This document shows, in pieces, positions 13,098 through 24,774 of a stretch of DNA of 64,000 nucleotides. The notes beneath the pieces are model-generated. The model was not told the origin of the DNA, did no database searches, and saw nothing but the letters and a program-made list of their open reading frames with translations. A program made the translations under genes and the position numbers. The stretch spans positions 188,914,001 to 188,978,000 of the forward strand of contig NC_042997.1 in NCBI RefSeq assembly GCF_006345805.1, given 5' to 3'. Origin of the DNA: Octopus sinensis (lineage: Eukaryota). Each line of letters begins with the position of its first letter. Position 1 is the first letter of the stretch.

Positions 13098-13282
13098 TCT
13101 GGCAGAAACGTTAGCTGCCGTTACATACTAAGTTCAAATTCCGCCGAGGTCGTCTTTGCCTTTCATCCTTTCGGGGTCGATAAATTAAGTACCAGTTACG
13201 CATTGGGGTCGATATAATCGACTTAATACTTTGTCCCTGTTTGTCCCCTCTATGTTTAGCCTCTTGTGGGTAATAAAGAAAT
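13098..13282 (+). mobile_element. SINE family B
   Basis: Nin/Deu-like domain and AATAAAGAAATA end; flanked by the direct repeat TATATCTTCCGTCTG. Confidence 0.8.
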
Positions 13283-13689
13283 ATATATCTTCCGTCTGTA
13301 AATTTTCTTGTCTTTGGGCCCATCTCGCTCTTAGCCTGATGTCACTAATCATTAGTCTATATCGAATATGACACCCTTCACCAGGTTCAGACTTAATATT
13401 CAGAACAATCTGTTTATCCAGTTTCATGGTAAGTATGAAGTCTATTTGGCTTGCGTGTTCGTAATAAAGTGACTGTTCAGTAACCTGAAGTTAAAGTTAG
13501 AAACGGTTAGCTATCTTTCATCATCATAGAATCCCACGTACTGAAAACTCTATTCCTTCCGTGTACCATGACCATAGTTTTCATATACACCAGAATAACC
13601 ATAATATGCTTGTCCAACATGTCTACTGGCTGTGATAACGAAGTCACTATAGTCTTTTAACAAACTTGTATTCTTTTTTCTTTTCTTTC

Positions 13690-14098
13690 TTTTATTTGTT
13701 TCAGTCATTTGACTGCGGCCATGCTGGAGCAAATCGACCCCAGGACTTATTCTTAGTAAGCCTAGTACTTATTCTATCGGTCATTATGCCGAACCGCTAA
13801 GTGACGTTAAACCCTCCTTTCCTGAGCGTCCAATAATACTATATTTGTTCCACGTCCTCGCGTTGTTGTGTTTTTTTGTGCTTTTATGTTTGGATTAACC
13901 ATATATATATATATATATAATATATATATATATTATATATATATATATATACGACGGGCTTCTTTCAGTTTCCGTCTACCAAATCTACTCACAAGGCTTT
14001 GGTCAGCCCGAGGCTATAGTAGAAGACACTTGCCCAAGGTGCCACGCAATGGGATTGAACCCGGAACCATGTGGCTCGTAAGCAAGCTACTTACCACG
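13690..14098 (-). mobile_element. SINE family A interrupted by a (TA)n-associated insert
   Basis: Family A tail and head separated by about 13806-13900, which ends in (TA)n. Confidence 0.75.
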
Positions 14099-14129
14099 CC
14101 AAACATTCTTATAGAAATAGTTCTTTTGT

Positions 14130-14490
14130 TCCTATTCCAACTACTACAATTACCTTATCTATCCATTTCTCTATTTCTACTCCGCCAAATCCAGTCGTTA
14201 TCTATGCAGAAGATTTTGTACTTGTGTTTCTTGTTCATGAGAAGTCTGACTAAAGATCCCCTCTTTCTTGTCTCTTGTACACAGCCCTCACTGCATCCTC
14301 TTTACAACCTCTCCAGACCTACCTGCCACTGTGACAACGCTGATGGCAGACTTGAATTTTTTACTTCGAGAGGGAGAAGAGTTTCAGATTAGTGGAGGTG
14401 GGTTGGTTATTTCTACATCTAAATGGAAGAGAGTTTGTGTGATCATCTGACGTTGTTTGAAAGGCTTTCACTCATTGCTAGACGTCCCTA
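14130..14490 (-). mobile_element. Degraded RTE LINE 5'/APE endonuclease fragment
   Basis: Minus strand gives CVQETR...KHKYKIFC...GFGGV...EKWIDKV, APE endonuclease motifs. Confidence 0.55.
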
Positions 14491-15554
14491 GCTTGGCCAA
14501 CTCACTATTTAGTCTTATACACACAAGAAAATGCATAGATGCCTACATACTCTCACCCCACCACATATGTATACACACGCACACATATACATACGTACAC
14601 ACATAAATACATTCATACATGCTAGCATGTAAGAACATCATGTATTAGATGTACATTGGATGCCTCACTTTGTTTTTACTGATCATTTGTGTTATTAATA
14701 AAATTAGAAACACGAAACCTGAGCAAGCTGGGGAAGAAAATAGAACTGTGTAGACAGGCTTCTGATGATTCAAGCTGTCTGGGATGCATTGATGATTTCC
14801 AAAACTGGTGAGTTGAAGGGAGGGCGGTATCCTCGAATCGAAAACCTAACCCGATTGTTTGCAGAAGAGTGGACTCTGTGAAAGGAACCCAAGGTACTTG
14901 GTGGTGGAGTTAAATCAAGCGATGGTTACCACCCAAGTAGGCCACAATGGGAACCGAGAACGCAAAGAGCCGGAACAAACACCACAAGTTATCTGGTCTG
15001 ACGTTATTATAATTCTGCCAATCCAATTTGGTACTTTTTTTGTTGACCTCGAAAGGATGAAAACGAAGTTCACCTTGGCGAGATTTGAACTAGGTGCGCA
15101 GAAAATCAGAACAAATAATGCGAAGCCTTTTGTCCAACGCTCAACCAATTCTGCCAGTTCGTAGCTTACCTACTGACATACATATATATGTAATGTGAAT
15201 ATCAAGAGTTTCATTCGCTTTCCAGAGTGATTTAAACTTTTCAAAGGAAAGCTCTCTACAACAAGCATCTTATTCAACAAAAGATTTGCGCTTCTTCCAG
15301 TTCGTTCTTTGGACACAAGACAGAAGCCGTGGTTCACGTAGGATCTATATGTGATAAACAATATACTAATGATTGGTACAATTCCGCAGATCTTTTTGGC
15401 GAGTGTTGTTGAAATTGACTCAATTTTTGATTGGTATTTATTTCATCGATCTCTGTCGGAATGAAAAAGTAAGTTTAACTAATAACTTTTCAAGGTGGAA
15501 CGTAAAAGGATGTAACTAATTATCGCCGTTTAACAGATTCTGCCATCTACCTAT

Positions 15555-15770
15555 TTCTATACTACCCTCAAGGGGCTAAACACAGAGGACAAACAATGAC
15601 AGACAAACGGATTAAGTCGATTATATCGACCCCAGTGCGTAACTGGTATTTATTTAATCGACTCCGAAAGGATGAAAGGCAAAGTCGACCTCGGCGGAAT
15701 TTGAACTCAGAACGTAACGGCAGACGAAATACGGCTACGCATTTCGCCCGTTGTGCTAACGAATCTGCCA
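15555..15770 (-). mobile_element. SINE family B
   Basis: Reverse complement of the family B consensus seen at 20584-20811. Confidence 0.85.
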
Positions 15771-15787
15771 TCTACAATACTCTATGT

Positions 15788-15936
15788 CAGGTATGGGCAA
15801 CCTTCTTTCGAGAAGCAGTCTGCATGAGACATAGCTCATCACCAGGCGAACCGCACTGCTAAAAAAGAATTGAAGATAATTTTTCGTTCGGCGTGCCATG
15901 CAGAAAGTTTCGCAGGCCCCTAGGTTGCTCACGACT
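15788..15936. mobile_element. hAT-like MITE
   Basis: Imperfect TIRs CAGGTATGGGCAACCT / AGGTTGCTCACGACTG. Confidence 0.45.
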
Positions 15937-15997
15937 GCTCCAAGCACTCACACGCACACACACAGTATAATATTTTATAAAAGAAAATAAAACATTT

Positions 15998-16069
15998 ATA
16001 CATGTGGTCAAGTGGTTAGGATTCCTGGCTTTCTCCCAGGCGGCCCTAGTTCGATTTCCGGCATGGGAA
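15998..16069 (+). pseudogene. tRNA-Glu(TTC)-derived sequence, head of a short retroposed element
   Basis: 72 nt; anticodon arm CCTGG-CTTTCTC-CCAGG, T-loop TTCGATT, 3' CATGGGAA; the 5' TCC is replaced by ATA and the T stem is mismatched. Confidence 0.85.
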
Positions 16070-16382
16070 CGCATACCTCAGTGGCGGTGCTCCAGCATGG
16101 CCGCAGTCATTGGACTGAAACATATAAAAGAATAAAAGGATACATGAGACTTGGAATTAAATGATAAATTTTGGAATTAAATTTGTATTTGAAATATCCT
16201 TCATAACAAGATATTTTTGTTTCGTATCTGACATGTACACATTTACTTTTGCCAATTGTGGTTAAATCTTTCGATATTTCTTCGCATGTTGATGTGTTGT
16301 TGTCCAATGCCATTCTTCGTCTTTATATGAATAAAGAAATCAATTATACGCATTTATAAAGGGAGGTAACTTTGAATTTTAT

Positions 16383-16931
16383 TTCCCTATTGCTCACAGG
16401 AGGCTAAACACAGAGGGGACAAACAAGGACAGACAAAGGGATTAAGTCGATAACATCGACCCCAGTGCGTAACTGGTACTTATCCAATCAACCCCGAAAG
16501 GATGAAAGGCAAAGTCGACCTCGGCGGAATTTAAACTAAGAACGTAACGGCAGACGAAATACCTATTTCTTTACTACCCACGAGGGGCTAAACATAATGG
16601 ACAAACAAGGACAGACAAAGGGATTAAGTCGATTATATCGACCCCAGTGCGTAACTGGTACTTATTGAATCGACCTCGAAAGGATGAAAGGCAAAGTTGA
16701 CCTCGGCGGAATTTGAACTCAGAACGTAACGGCAGACGAAATACCTATTTCTTTACTACCCACAAGGGGATAAACACAGAGGGGACAAACAAGGACAGAC
16801 AAACGGATTAAGTCGATTATATCGACCCAGTGCATAACTGGTACTTAATTTATCGACCCCGAAAGGATGAAAGGCAAAGTCGGCCTCGGCGGAATTCGAA
16901 CTCAGAACGTAACAGCAGACGAAATACCGCT
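16383..16931 (-). mobile_element. SINE family B tandem trimer (approx. 181-bp units)
   Basis: Three head-to-tail units joined at GACGAAATACCTATTTCTTT (about 16560 and 16740). Confidence 0.9.
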
Positions 16932-17067
16932 AAACAGTACACCCGACCTGTTAACGTTTTATTCCATGTTTGTTTTTTGTTACACGTATATCGAGTGAAG
17001 AAAGATGTCATTCATAGTCTGTTGAATTCCTTTGAAGATGAAAATGTATGGAGATGATTGGCATTAG

Positions 17068-17158
17068 GGCTATCCTTCGGTATAGGTACCGTAAATACCG
17101 TTTACATTTCTGAAGATAACAGAAACCCTTTTCTCCCACCCCTAAACTTAACCCTCCT

Positions 17159-17208
<50 letters not shown>

Positions 17209-17259
17209 ACTTTCTTGAAATGTATCCGGTACTTCCGGTACCTATACCGAAGTTACGCC
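17068..17259. mobile_element. MITE with GG..CC termini and 8-bp TSD (Merlin-like)
   Basis: TIR CTTCGGTATAGGTACCG / CGGTACCTATACCGAAG; TSD GGCATTAG/GACATTAG. Confidence 0.7.
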
Positions 17260-18643
17260 GACATTAGAATAATCAACGTATAGCCGAAGTTTCAGAAGCT
17301 AATAAAATTAAAAAGGTACTACCATTACTTTACGGTTACATATTTGCTGTAGAAGGGAAATCCATCTTTATCTTGATTCCCCAAATCTTGAAGTATTGAA
17401 AGAAAAAAATGCAGACCTGCAAATAAAATATTTAAATGATAGATTATAAAGACAGAAGACCAACCTGTTTATCAATATACCAGGAACTACTACATTGTTC
17501 AATGTAACCCTCTTTATTTAAAACTGTTGGGAGTTTAAGTTCAAGAAAATTTGACTGTTATTTCTAGCAAATCAGACGACAATATAGAAACCTCCTAAGT
17601 TAACTCATATTCATAGAGATATGTAAGATAGCAGACTGTGGTTTCAGAGAGATTTAGCCGGTATTTCTAGATGTTTTAGATTTGATTTTTAGAAAAGATT
17701 TCTACACCTATATAGTTTTTCATGCTAGATAGCTTATATTAATTTTAAAAGCTTGGTTTAAATTTGTTTGGGTTCAAGAAGTAGTTCTGGGAATATATGG
17801 CAATTCCGACTTTTGGTGTGTCAACGTTGGCTGAAATTCCTCACAATTTCAGCCTTTAAAGGCTCGTAACTTTTCCATTGTTAATTTCTCCAAAAATCGT
17901 GGATACCTATGAAAAATTATATCTGTGCATAAATTGGAAAAAAAAAAAAAAATCGGAACTGATGTGTTAAACTGAAAAGATTCAAATCGTCCGACGTTCT
18001 ACTACTTGATTCGTACACATTTTAGCAATCTCGGAATGGAGAAAGGCAACGTTGACCTAAGAATATAAAGGGAGATAACTTTATGTACTACAGCATTTTG
18101 ACTATTGCGTTACCGTTTCTGCCACTATTCTTAAAAACTAACACAGTATCTTTATTTGCATCCATAGATATATAACATTTACTAAGTACATATTTCTAGT
18201 TATTAAATAAGTGACAATTAGTATGTAAATAATTTCCTGTACTGATTCAATCAAAAACAAAGGAAAGACCCCCCCCCCCCATTTTCTCCCAAATTTGTTT
18301 ATTTTTGTAATTTTTTTTGCCTGTCTGTTTCTGGCTGATTTTTATTCTAACCACCTGTGATAATTTCTACATATTGTATAGCTAAACAAGTAATGTCTTT
18401 ATTTCTACAGTGGCCAATGAGATGAATGCTGTAAATAAGTCAACATTTTAAGTCTGAAAGAAAAAAATATTTTCAATTCTAGAGTTTGACTTATACAGCA
18501 ACATTAAAATGTGAACCTTTACTTACAGAATGACCAACCAATGGAACAACACTTCTAATAATTGCTGCACACTAATTATCATAACTCAAATAGGTCACCA
18601 CAAATATTTCTGACTAAAACTTGTGTTTGGTGAACATGGTTAA

Positions 18644-18863
18644 CCCTTTTGTTACCAATCCGGCTGAAACCAGCTCTGGCTCTAAGTTCAAATGTCTTGT
18701 TTTCATGAGTTTTGAATTAAAATCTTCCACCAAACCTTTGTCACAATTTATGTTCTTAACACTAGCTGAATGATAAGTAAGTTATTTTACTAAATTCTTT
18801 GTTATATTTAAAGTAATTGAAAGAAACACAGAGCATCTCAAAATAAATACAGTAACAATAGGG
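18644..18863. mobile_element. piggyBac-like MITE (220 bp)
   Basis: TTAA-CCC...GGG-TTAA; further copies at 29229-29448 and 42444-42665. Confidence 0.85.
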
Positions 18864-19059
18864 TTAACATATTAACACAGAGGTTAATATAAAGTAATAA
18901 AATTGTAATAGAAGTTCAATATCATATTAATGTTATTGTGCACACACTGACAGTAAACACTGACCAGAAAGTCACTGGACCCAAGTGGCCAGTCAGACAA
19001 CCATGGTATGCATGCCACTTGCGTAATTTCCTGATAGCACATTGCATTGTGAGCACTTA

Positions 19060-19212
19060 CTACACTCTCGGAGTGGTTGGCATTAGGAAGGGCATCTAGC
19101 TGTAGAAACTCTGCCAGATCAAGATTGGAGCCTGGTGCAGCCATCTGGTTCACTAATCCTCAGTCAAATCATCCAACCCATGCTAGCATGGAAAGCAGAC
19201 GTTAAACGATGA
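19060..19212 (+). mobile_element. RTE LINE 3' tail
   Basis: TTAGGAAGGGCATC...CCAACCCATGCTAGCATGGAAAG..GTTAAACGATGAT; the same tail ends the RTE at 26545-27692. Confidence 0.75.
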
Positions 19213-20098
19213 TATTTGCCGACGATATCAAACTGGTCGCTCCTCGCGGTGATATAGAGGATCTTCGTCAATGCCTCCACCAAATTTGGAGGTGGTCTAA
19301 CGAATGGGACCTGTGTCTGAACGTGTCAAAGTGCTGTCATCTGCCTGTTGGCTCTCCTCCTGCAACTCAACTTGATTTTGAGCCAGGTCGTCTGCTGCTG
19401 GAGAGGGCCGATCAGGTAAAGGACCTGGGTATCTTGGTGGATTCCTCCTTTTCGCCTTCGGCCCAGTGCGTCCATGCTGCCAACAAAGCACGCGGAATTC
19501 TGTTCCTGATTCGACGGTCATTCGGAATGCTCACAGCAGCCATATTCCTACCACTCTATGTCACGCTGGTGAGACCCATATTGGAGTACGTGATTCAAGC
19601 CTCTTCTCCTTATCTCCTCAAAGACATACAGCATCTCGAAAGAGTCCAGAAGCTGGCTACCCGCATGGTTCATGGTCTCAAAAATTTGTCCTATGAAGAA
19701 AGGCTGAGGACGCTCGACCTTTATTCTCTAGAAAAACGCTGCCGCCGTGGTGATCTCATTCTCGCCCACAACATCATAAGCGGAAAATATAACCTCTCGA
19801 AAGAGCTGTTCTTCACTCCTGCTCCAGAGCGTCGGCTGCAGGGTCATTCTGAAAAGCTCTACCTGCGACGATTTCATCTCAATTGAAGGAGAGGAGCTTT
19901 CTCCGTCCGGGTTGCGGATCTGTGGAACAAGCTGCCAGACGAGATGGTGAAGATGCCGACGACCGCTTTGTTCAAAGCCTCCCTTGACCTCAAGTGGCCT
20001 GAACTCTTTACATGAACACCACCCTGTACTTAACTCCATGTCCCCCTACATAGCCTTGCTATTTGCTTTTGAGCCAAATTAACTAACTAACTAACTAA
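19209..20098 (+). mobile_element. CR1-clade LINE, 5'-truncated, RT C-terminal half
   Basis: FADDIKL, VKDLGILVD, LYVTLVRPILEY, LERVQKLATR, FSVRVADLWNKLP; one internal stop at 19884-19886; (TAAC)n tail. Confidence 0.92.
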
Positions 20099-20329
20099 GT
20101 ATTTATGGCTTATGGATGTTACAAAAAATAACAAATGCATTTACTATAACATTTAAATTATGCACAAGATTTGCATGTTTCATAGACTCATGTGGTAGTC
20201 ATAGGCCTAATACAGAATTTTGAGCTAAAAATCTTGAAGTTGACTCATATACCAAGCTGACTTACATGTTAGATTGACTTATGTGTCAAGTTGACTTATA
20301 TCAGGTCATTAAAAATGAAATGTCCGATA

Positions 20330-21340
20330 TTCTTATGCGCCAAGTTTGACAGTCGTTAACTCTATTGTTTTATCCTGACAATTCTTTGTTTTACAACATT
20401 GTAGAGTTACATCATCATTTTTCAAAATGCAATTCATGGTGTCTGATTATATTGTGAGCTTTTTTTTGTAAATCAATTTTTGTGAACCCATAGATTGATC
20501 AAACATTCATGTTATTTATGAATATGAGTTCCATTGTGGAACCATTGCATCCCAGACAGGTTGAAACATTAATTAGGTGTTTGGTGAGCTGGCAGAAACG
20601 TTAGCACGCCGGGCGAAATGTGTAGCCGTATTTTGTCTGCCGTTACGTTCTGAGTTCAAATTCCGCCGAGGTCAACTTTACCTTTCATCCTTTCTGGGTC
20701 GATAAATTAAGTACCAGTTATGCACTGGGGTCGATGTAATCGACTTAATACCTATGTCTGTCCTTGTTTGTCCCCTCTATGTTTAGCCCCTTGTGGGTAA
20801 TAAAGAAATAGGTTTGGTGAAGATGTGGTGAATGAGTGCATTATACGTCAATGGTTTGAGAAGTACCAGTCTGGTGACTTTACTCTTGAAAATCAAACAA
20901 TGTAGTTGACTTGAGACCAAGATAGATAATGATGAGCTGGAAACTGTAGTGGAAGTGGATACATCTCAAACTATGCGTGAGTTAGCAGCAAGGTTTGATG
21001 TTTCAATTTCAACTGTGCTGGATCATCTGAAACAAATTGGCAAGGTAAAACGCTGGACAAGTGGGTATCACACGAACTGAATGAACATCGAATGACACAT
21101 GGTCTTGAAACTTGCTGTTCTTTGCTGTCATGGAATAAAAGTGAACCATTTTTGCATTGTATTGTTACATGTGATGAAAAATGGGATTCTTTTCAACAAT
21201 AGCAAGCATTCTATACTGTAGTTGGGTAGAGACAAAGTGCCAAAACACAATCCCAAAAAGAATATCCATAAAAAATAGCTAATGGTGTCTGTTTGGTGGT
21301 CCAGCGCTGGTGTCGTAAAGTACAGCTTCATGAGACCTGG
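20330..21340 (+). mobile_element. Mariner transposase remnant (pseudogene)
   Basis: FGEDVV, QWFEKY.SGDFTLE, RELAARFDVS, KWVSHEL (WVPHEL motif), IVTCDEKW, LMVSVWWS; stops and frameshifts; split by a SINE. Confidence 0.88.
20584..20811 (+). mobile_element. SINE family B inserted in the mariner
   Basis: Full family B body flanked by the repeat TTTGGTGA. Confidence 0.88.
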
Positions 21341-21502
21341 TTTGTCAGCTGCAACTTTTTTCTACTTCAATTATTACATATTTTTCTCTTAGAAAAAGGC
21401 ACATATACAGGAGGGGTAAATGATATATATAATAATACTTTGAATGTGGCTCCTGAGAAACAGTAAAAGTAATTATCTAATCAATGATGGGTATTACTAC
21501 TA

Positions 21503-21542
<40 letters not shown>

Positions 21543-21741
21543 TATAATTAAGGGCTAAAGAGGGTTATTCTAAAGCCAAATACACTGTTTTATCCACTTA
21601 TAATCCGCTTGTTACAGGAAAATTGAAACTGAAAACGGGCAACTAACCTTTAGAAAATTTAAATTTCGTTATCTCTATATTGAATCAATTTCGGACTTAA
21701 TCTTATAAAAAAAGATATATTCTTCTTCAGTAGAACTTTCG

Positions 21742-21772
<31 letters not shown>

Positions 21773-21779
21773 TGTGCAT

Positions 21780-21836
<57 letters not shown>

Positions 21837-22514
21837 ATATATATACATCTATCTATACATGTGCGTTTGTGTGTGTGCATCTTTGTGCCTGTGTTAGTGC
21901 CCCACTACTGCTTAATAACTGATAGAATAGGTAATAGGCTGAAAGGATTTAGTTGAACATATTGACTCTAGGACTTATTTTTTAAAGACTAGTACTTGTA
22001 TCGGTTACTTTTGCTGAATTGCTAAATTACAGGGACATAAACACCAACACCTGTTGGCTTTTGTCACCCACCTGTTGTGGTGGGGGTGATGGAGACAAAC
22101 ACAAACACAAAGATACATGCATAGATATGTAGTGGTTTCATGCAGGCATGGCGTGGATTCGATCCTTGATCGCCAAATTTCACTTAGCAATTAAAACAGC
22201 ACTTTTTTTCACAGTAAAACAATAATTTTTCTGTGATTGACAGCAGTTACATTTACCAGATGCCTTAGCTAAGCATAATAATGTCTTTACCACTTGACCC
22301 TTCTGATCTCTTCTAGGCCACCAAAAGTTAGAATTCTTCTCAACAATATGTCTCTCTTTCTGACTGGTTTTACATGGGCGAAGTTTCCTATGCCTGGTTT
22401 TAAATACTAGAAGCAATGTCAGTACACATGCACGGTAGACAGCAATTTTTGTACACATACATACACGCGCGCGCACACGCACACACACACGCGCACACAC
22501 ACACACACACACAC

Positions 22515-22670
22515 ACACGATGGGCTTTTGGTTTCCGTCTACCAAATCCACTCACAAGGCTTTGGTCGACTCGATGCTATAGTAGAAGACACTTGCCCAA
22601 GGTGTCACACAGTGGGACTGAACCCGGAACTATGTGATTGGAAAGTAAGCTTCTTACCACACAGTCACGA
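22515..22670 (-). mobile_element. SINE family A 5' half
   Basis: Matches the family A head and CORE-like region. Confidence 0.8.
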
Positions 22671-22964
22671 GCCTGTTCAGTCTTAAAACACATCGCCAAC
22701 TGTACAATTTATAAACTAGTTCTGAAGGAAATATGAGGCAATAGACTGCAGTTGTAAATTCCAACCGATTACGCACATACACACCATCACGCCTTTCTTT
22801 CTCCCTCTTTTCCTCATGTACATCTAAAGCAGAAGAATGTATGTATCCCCACCTAGTTTCATATTCCAACAATTAATATTTGCATACAATATCCTCGACA
22901 AAAGCAAATTTAGAATTCAGCCTAGGACACACCTTAGCATAATTGATGTGTTGGTACCGGACAG

Positions 22965-23031
22965 TTTAAAGGAAGTCGTATAAAGCTAAATGATTGGTTA
23001 GACAAGTGAAACGTCACCATATTTATTTAAC
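22965..23031 (+). promoter_or_regulatory. Candidate proximal promoter of sulfiredoxin
   Basis: GGAAGT (ETS-like, 22971), inverted CCAAT (TGATTGGTT, 22991-22999) and CRE half-site ACGTCA (23011) clustered within 65 nt of the ATG. Confidence 0.4.
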
Positions 23032-23283
23032 ATGTACTTAAAAAGGTTTTACTCCATTAAGTTGTTTTCATTAGGTATTTCACAGACTTTATCAAAGCAT
23101 CTCATCAGATCTTTTTCAAAGTCACCGATTGTATTTTATAGACAAATGTGTACTAACAGTGATACGACGATACATGATGCCCACATCACCGACATTCACG
23201 AAGTTCCTATTGATATCATCCAGCGACCGATACCTCCAGTACTGGATTCAGAGAAACTCAAATCATTGATGGAAACTATTAAG
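23032..23283 (+). CDS. SRXN1: Sulfiredoxin, coding exon 1 (84 codons)
   Basis: TIHDAHITDIHEVPIDIIQRPIPPVLDSEKLKSLMETIK is the Srx/ParB-like N-terminal signature; phase-0 donor AAG/GTAGAT at 23284. Confidence 0.93.
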
Positions 23284-23443
23284 GTAGATTATACTGTTAT
23301 GTTCGCTACATTTGATACTTTCTCGAGTTGTTATTGATAAACATTAACTTCTTGTTATCGTTGTAGTCGGTGCTCAGGGGAAGTAACTCTAGATAGTTTG
23401 CTAATAATGTGGTTGACTTTCGTTAAGTTCGTGAAAAGAACAC

Positions 23444-23848
23444 GGATCTTTTCGGTTTGACCGGCAGTTTTTTCTAGCGGTGTCATATGAATTTGTCACC
23501 CATAATTATGACCCTAGTATCGATCTATTGCATTTCTATCTGTTTTAGGGTTAGGGTTAGGGGTGGGGGGAAGGGTATTTTTTTTTTCTTCACAAATGTA
23601 TATAAACCCAATCTGTTTCTTAAACGAGGGACAGAATGTTTTCACCTCAATAGACGTCATTGATTGATTGAAATTGTAGAAATTGAAGAAAAAAAACAAC
23701 AGCAAATATTTTACAAACTATAGAATTTTCTCAATAAAGCCAAGAGAAAAAGATGTTTTATAAACACATTCTACCAGTATAGGAAGTTTAAAAGTGTTTA
23801 GTTACGTGGAAATTATTTTAAAAACTGCCGGTCAAACCGAAGAGATCC
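23444..23848. mobile_element. GGATC-family MITE carrying TTAGGG repeats
   Basis: TIR GGATCTTTTCGGTTTGACCGGCAGTTTT; TSD AAGAACAC/AAGAACAG. Confidence 0.85.
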
Positions 23849-24249
23849 AAGAACAGTGTACTTAATATTTTGGGACTGATCATTGTCTGAGAGAAAAAAT
23901 GTTCTTTCACTCTCCGTCTTAGATAATTTTAATAGATTCAAAACTTCACTACTTTCCATGTCTACTGTATTAGTAAATGCATTTTTATATTAAATTATCA
24001 CCCCTTAACGTTACTTCGCTTTTTTGTATGTGTATTTTCTCACGAAACTTTAATAGGTTTAAGTTTCTTATGGCCAACAGAATCACAGGTTTGACATGTT
24101 GCAACTTTTGACAGGAAATAGAGACTAGGATAGTGTTATACACTGAAAATTTAATAATCTCATTTCAATACCCAGATCTGTAGGTTCTGTATAGTGATCC
24201 AACATTCTGTATTAGCTGAAGCATTTCCATCTTATTATTGATTTCAAAT

Positions 24250-24700
24250 TTTGGCACAAGGCCAGCAATTTCGGGGAGTGGAGTAAGTCAATTGCCTCGA
24301 CTCCAATACCCAACTGGTACCTATTTTATCGACCCTGAAAGGATGAAAGGTGAAGTCGACTTTGGTGGAATTTGAACTCAGAATGGGAAGACGGACGAAA
24401 TGCCGCCAAGCATTTCGCCCAGTGTGTTAACGATTCTACCTGTTCACTGCCCTAGTTTCATATTATTATTAACAGGTCAATAAGTGGTGAGCAGGCAGAA
24501 TTGCTACTGTGCTGGGTAAAATACTTAGTGGCATTTCATCCATCTTTATGTTCTGTGTTCAAATTCTGCTAGGGTTGACTTTGCCTTTCAGCATTTCAGA
24601 GTCAATAAAAAATATGTACCTGTTGAGCATTGAGGTTGATATAATCAACTTACCACCATCCACGAAATTGCTGGTCTTGTACCACAATTTGAAATCATTA
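24250..24700. mobile_element. Two older family B SINEs, head-to-head
   Basis: About 24250-24450 (-) and 24485-24700 (+), both with a diverged Nin/Deu-like domain. Confidence 0.7.
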
Positions 24701-24774
24701 AGAAGTGGATAGGCTCCATATTAATTGCAAGTCCAACTGAACTGAACGTGTTCGTTTGTGGATTTAAAGAGGGG

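Noticed and set aside
13335-13428. Exon-like segment with CTCTTAG acceptor and ATG/GTAAGT donor on the + strand
   Set aside because: Stops in all three frames and no partner exons identified; such site pairs arise by chance.
15998-16069. Functional tRNA-Glu gene
   Set aside because: Acceptor and T stems are broken, there is no oligo-T terminator, and it is fused to a SINE tail within a TSD.
16383-16931. CRISPR-like or satellite array
   Set aside because: The units are whole SINE bodies with no unique spacers; the context is eukaryotic.
19209-19886. 225-aa ORF as a host gene
   Set aside because: It is a 5'-truncated CR1 RT; the ATG comes from an adjacent (GAT)n tail.
22413-22421. Antioxidant response element core (TGACATTGC, minus strand) about 610 bp upstream of Srx
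   Set aside because: Biologically attractive, but TGACnnnGC is short enough to occur often by chance, and it overlaps a predicted branch point.
23544-23562. TTAGGG repeats as an interstitial telomere
   Set aside because: Only about three units, and they are internal to a MITE.
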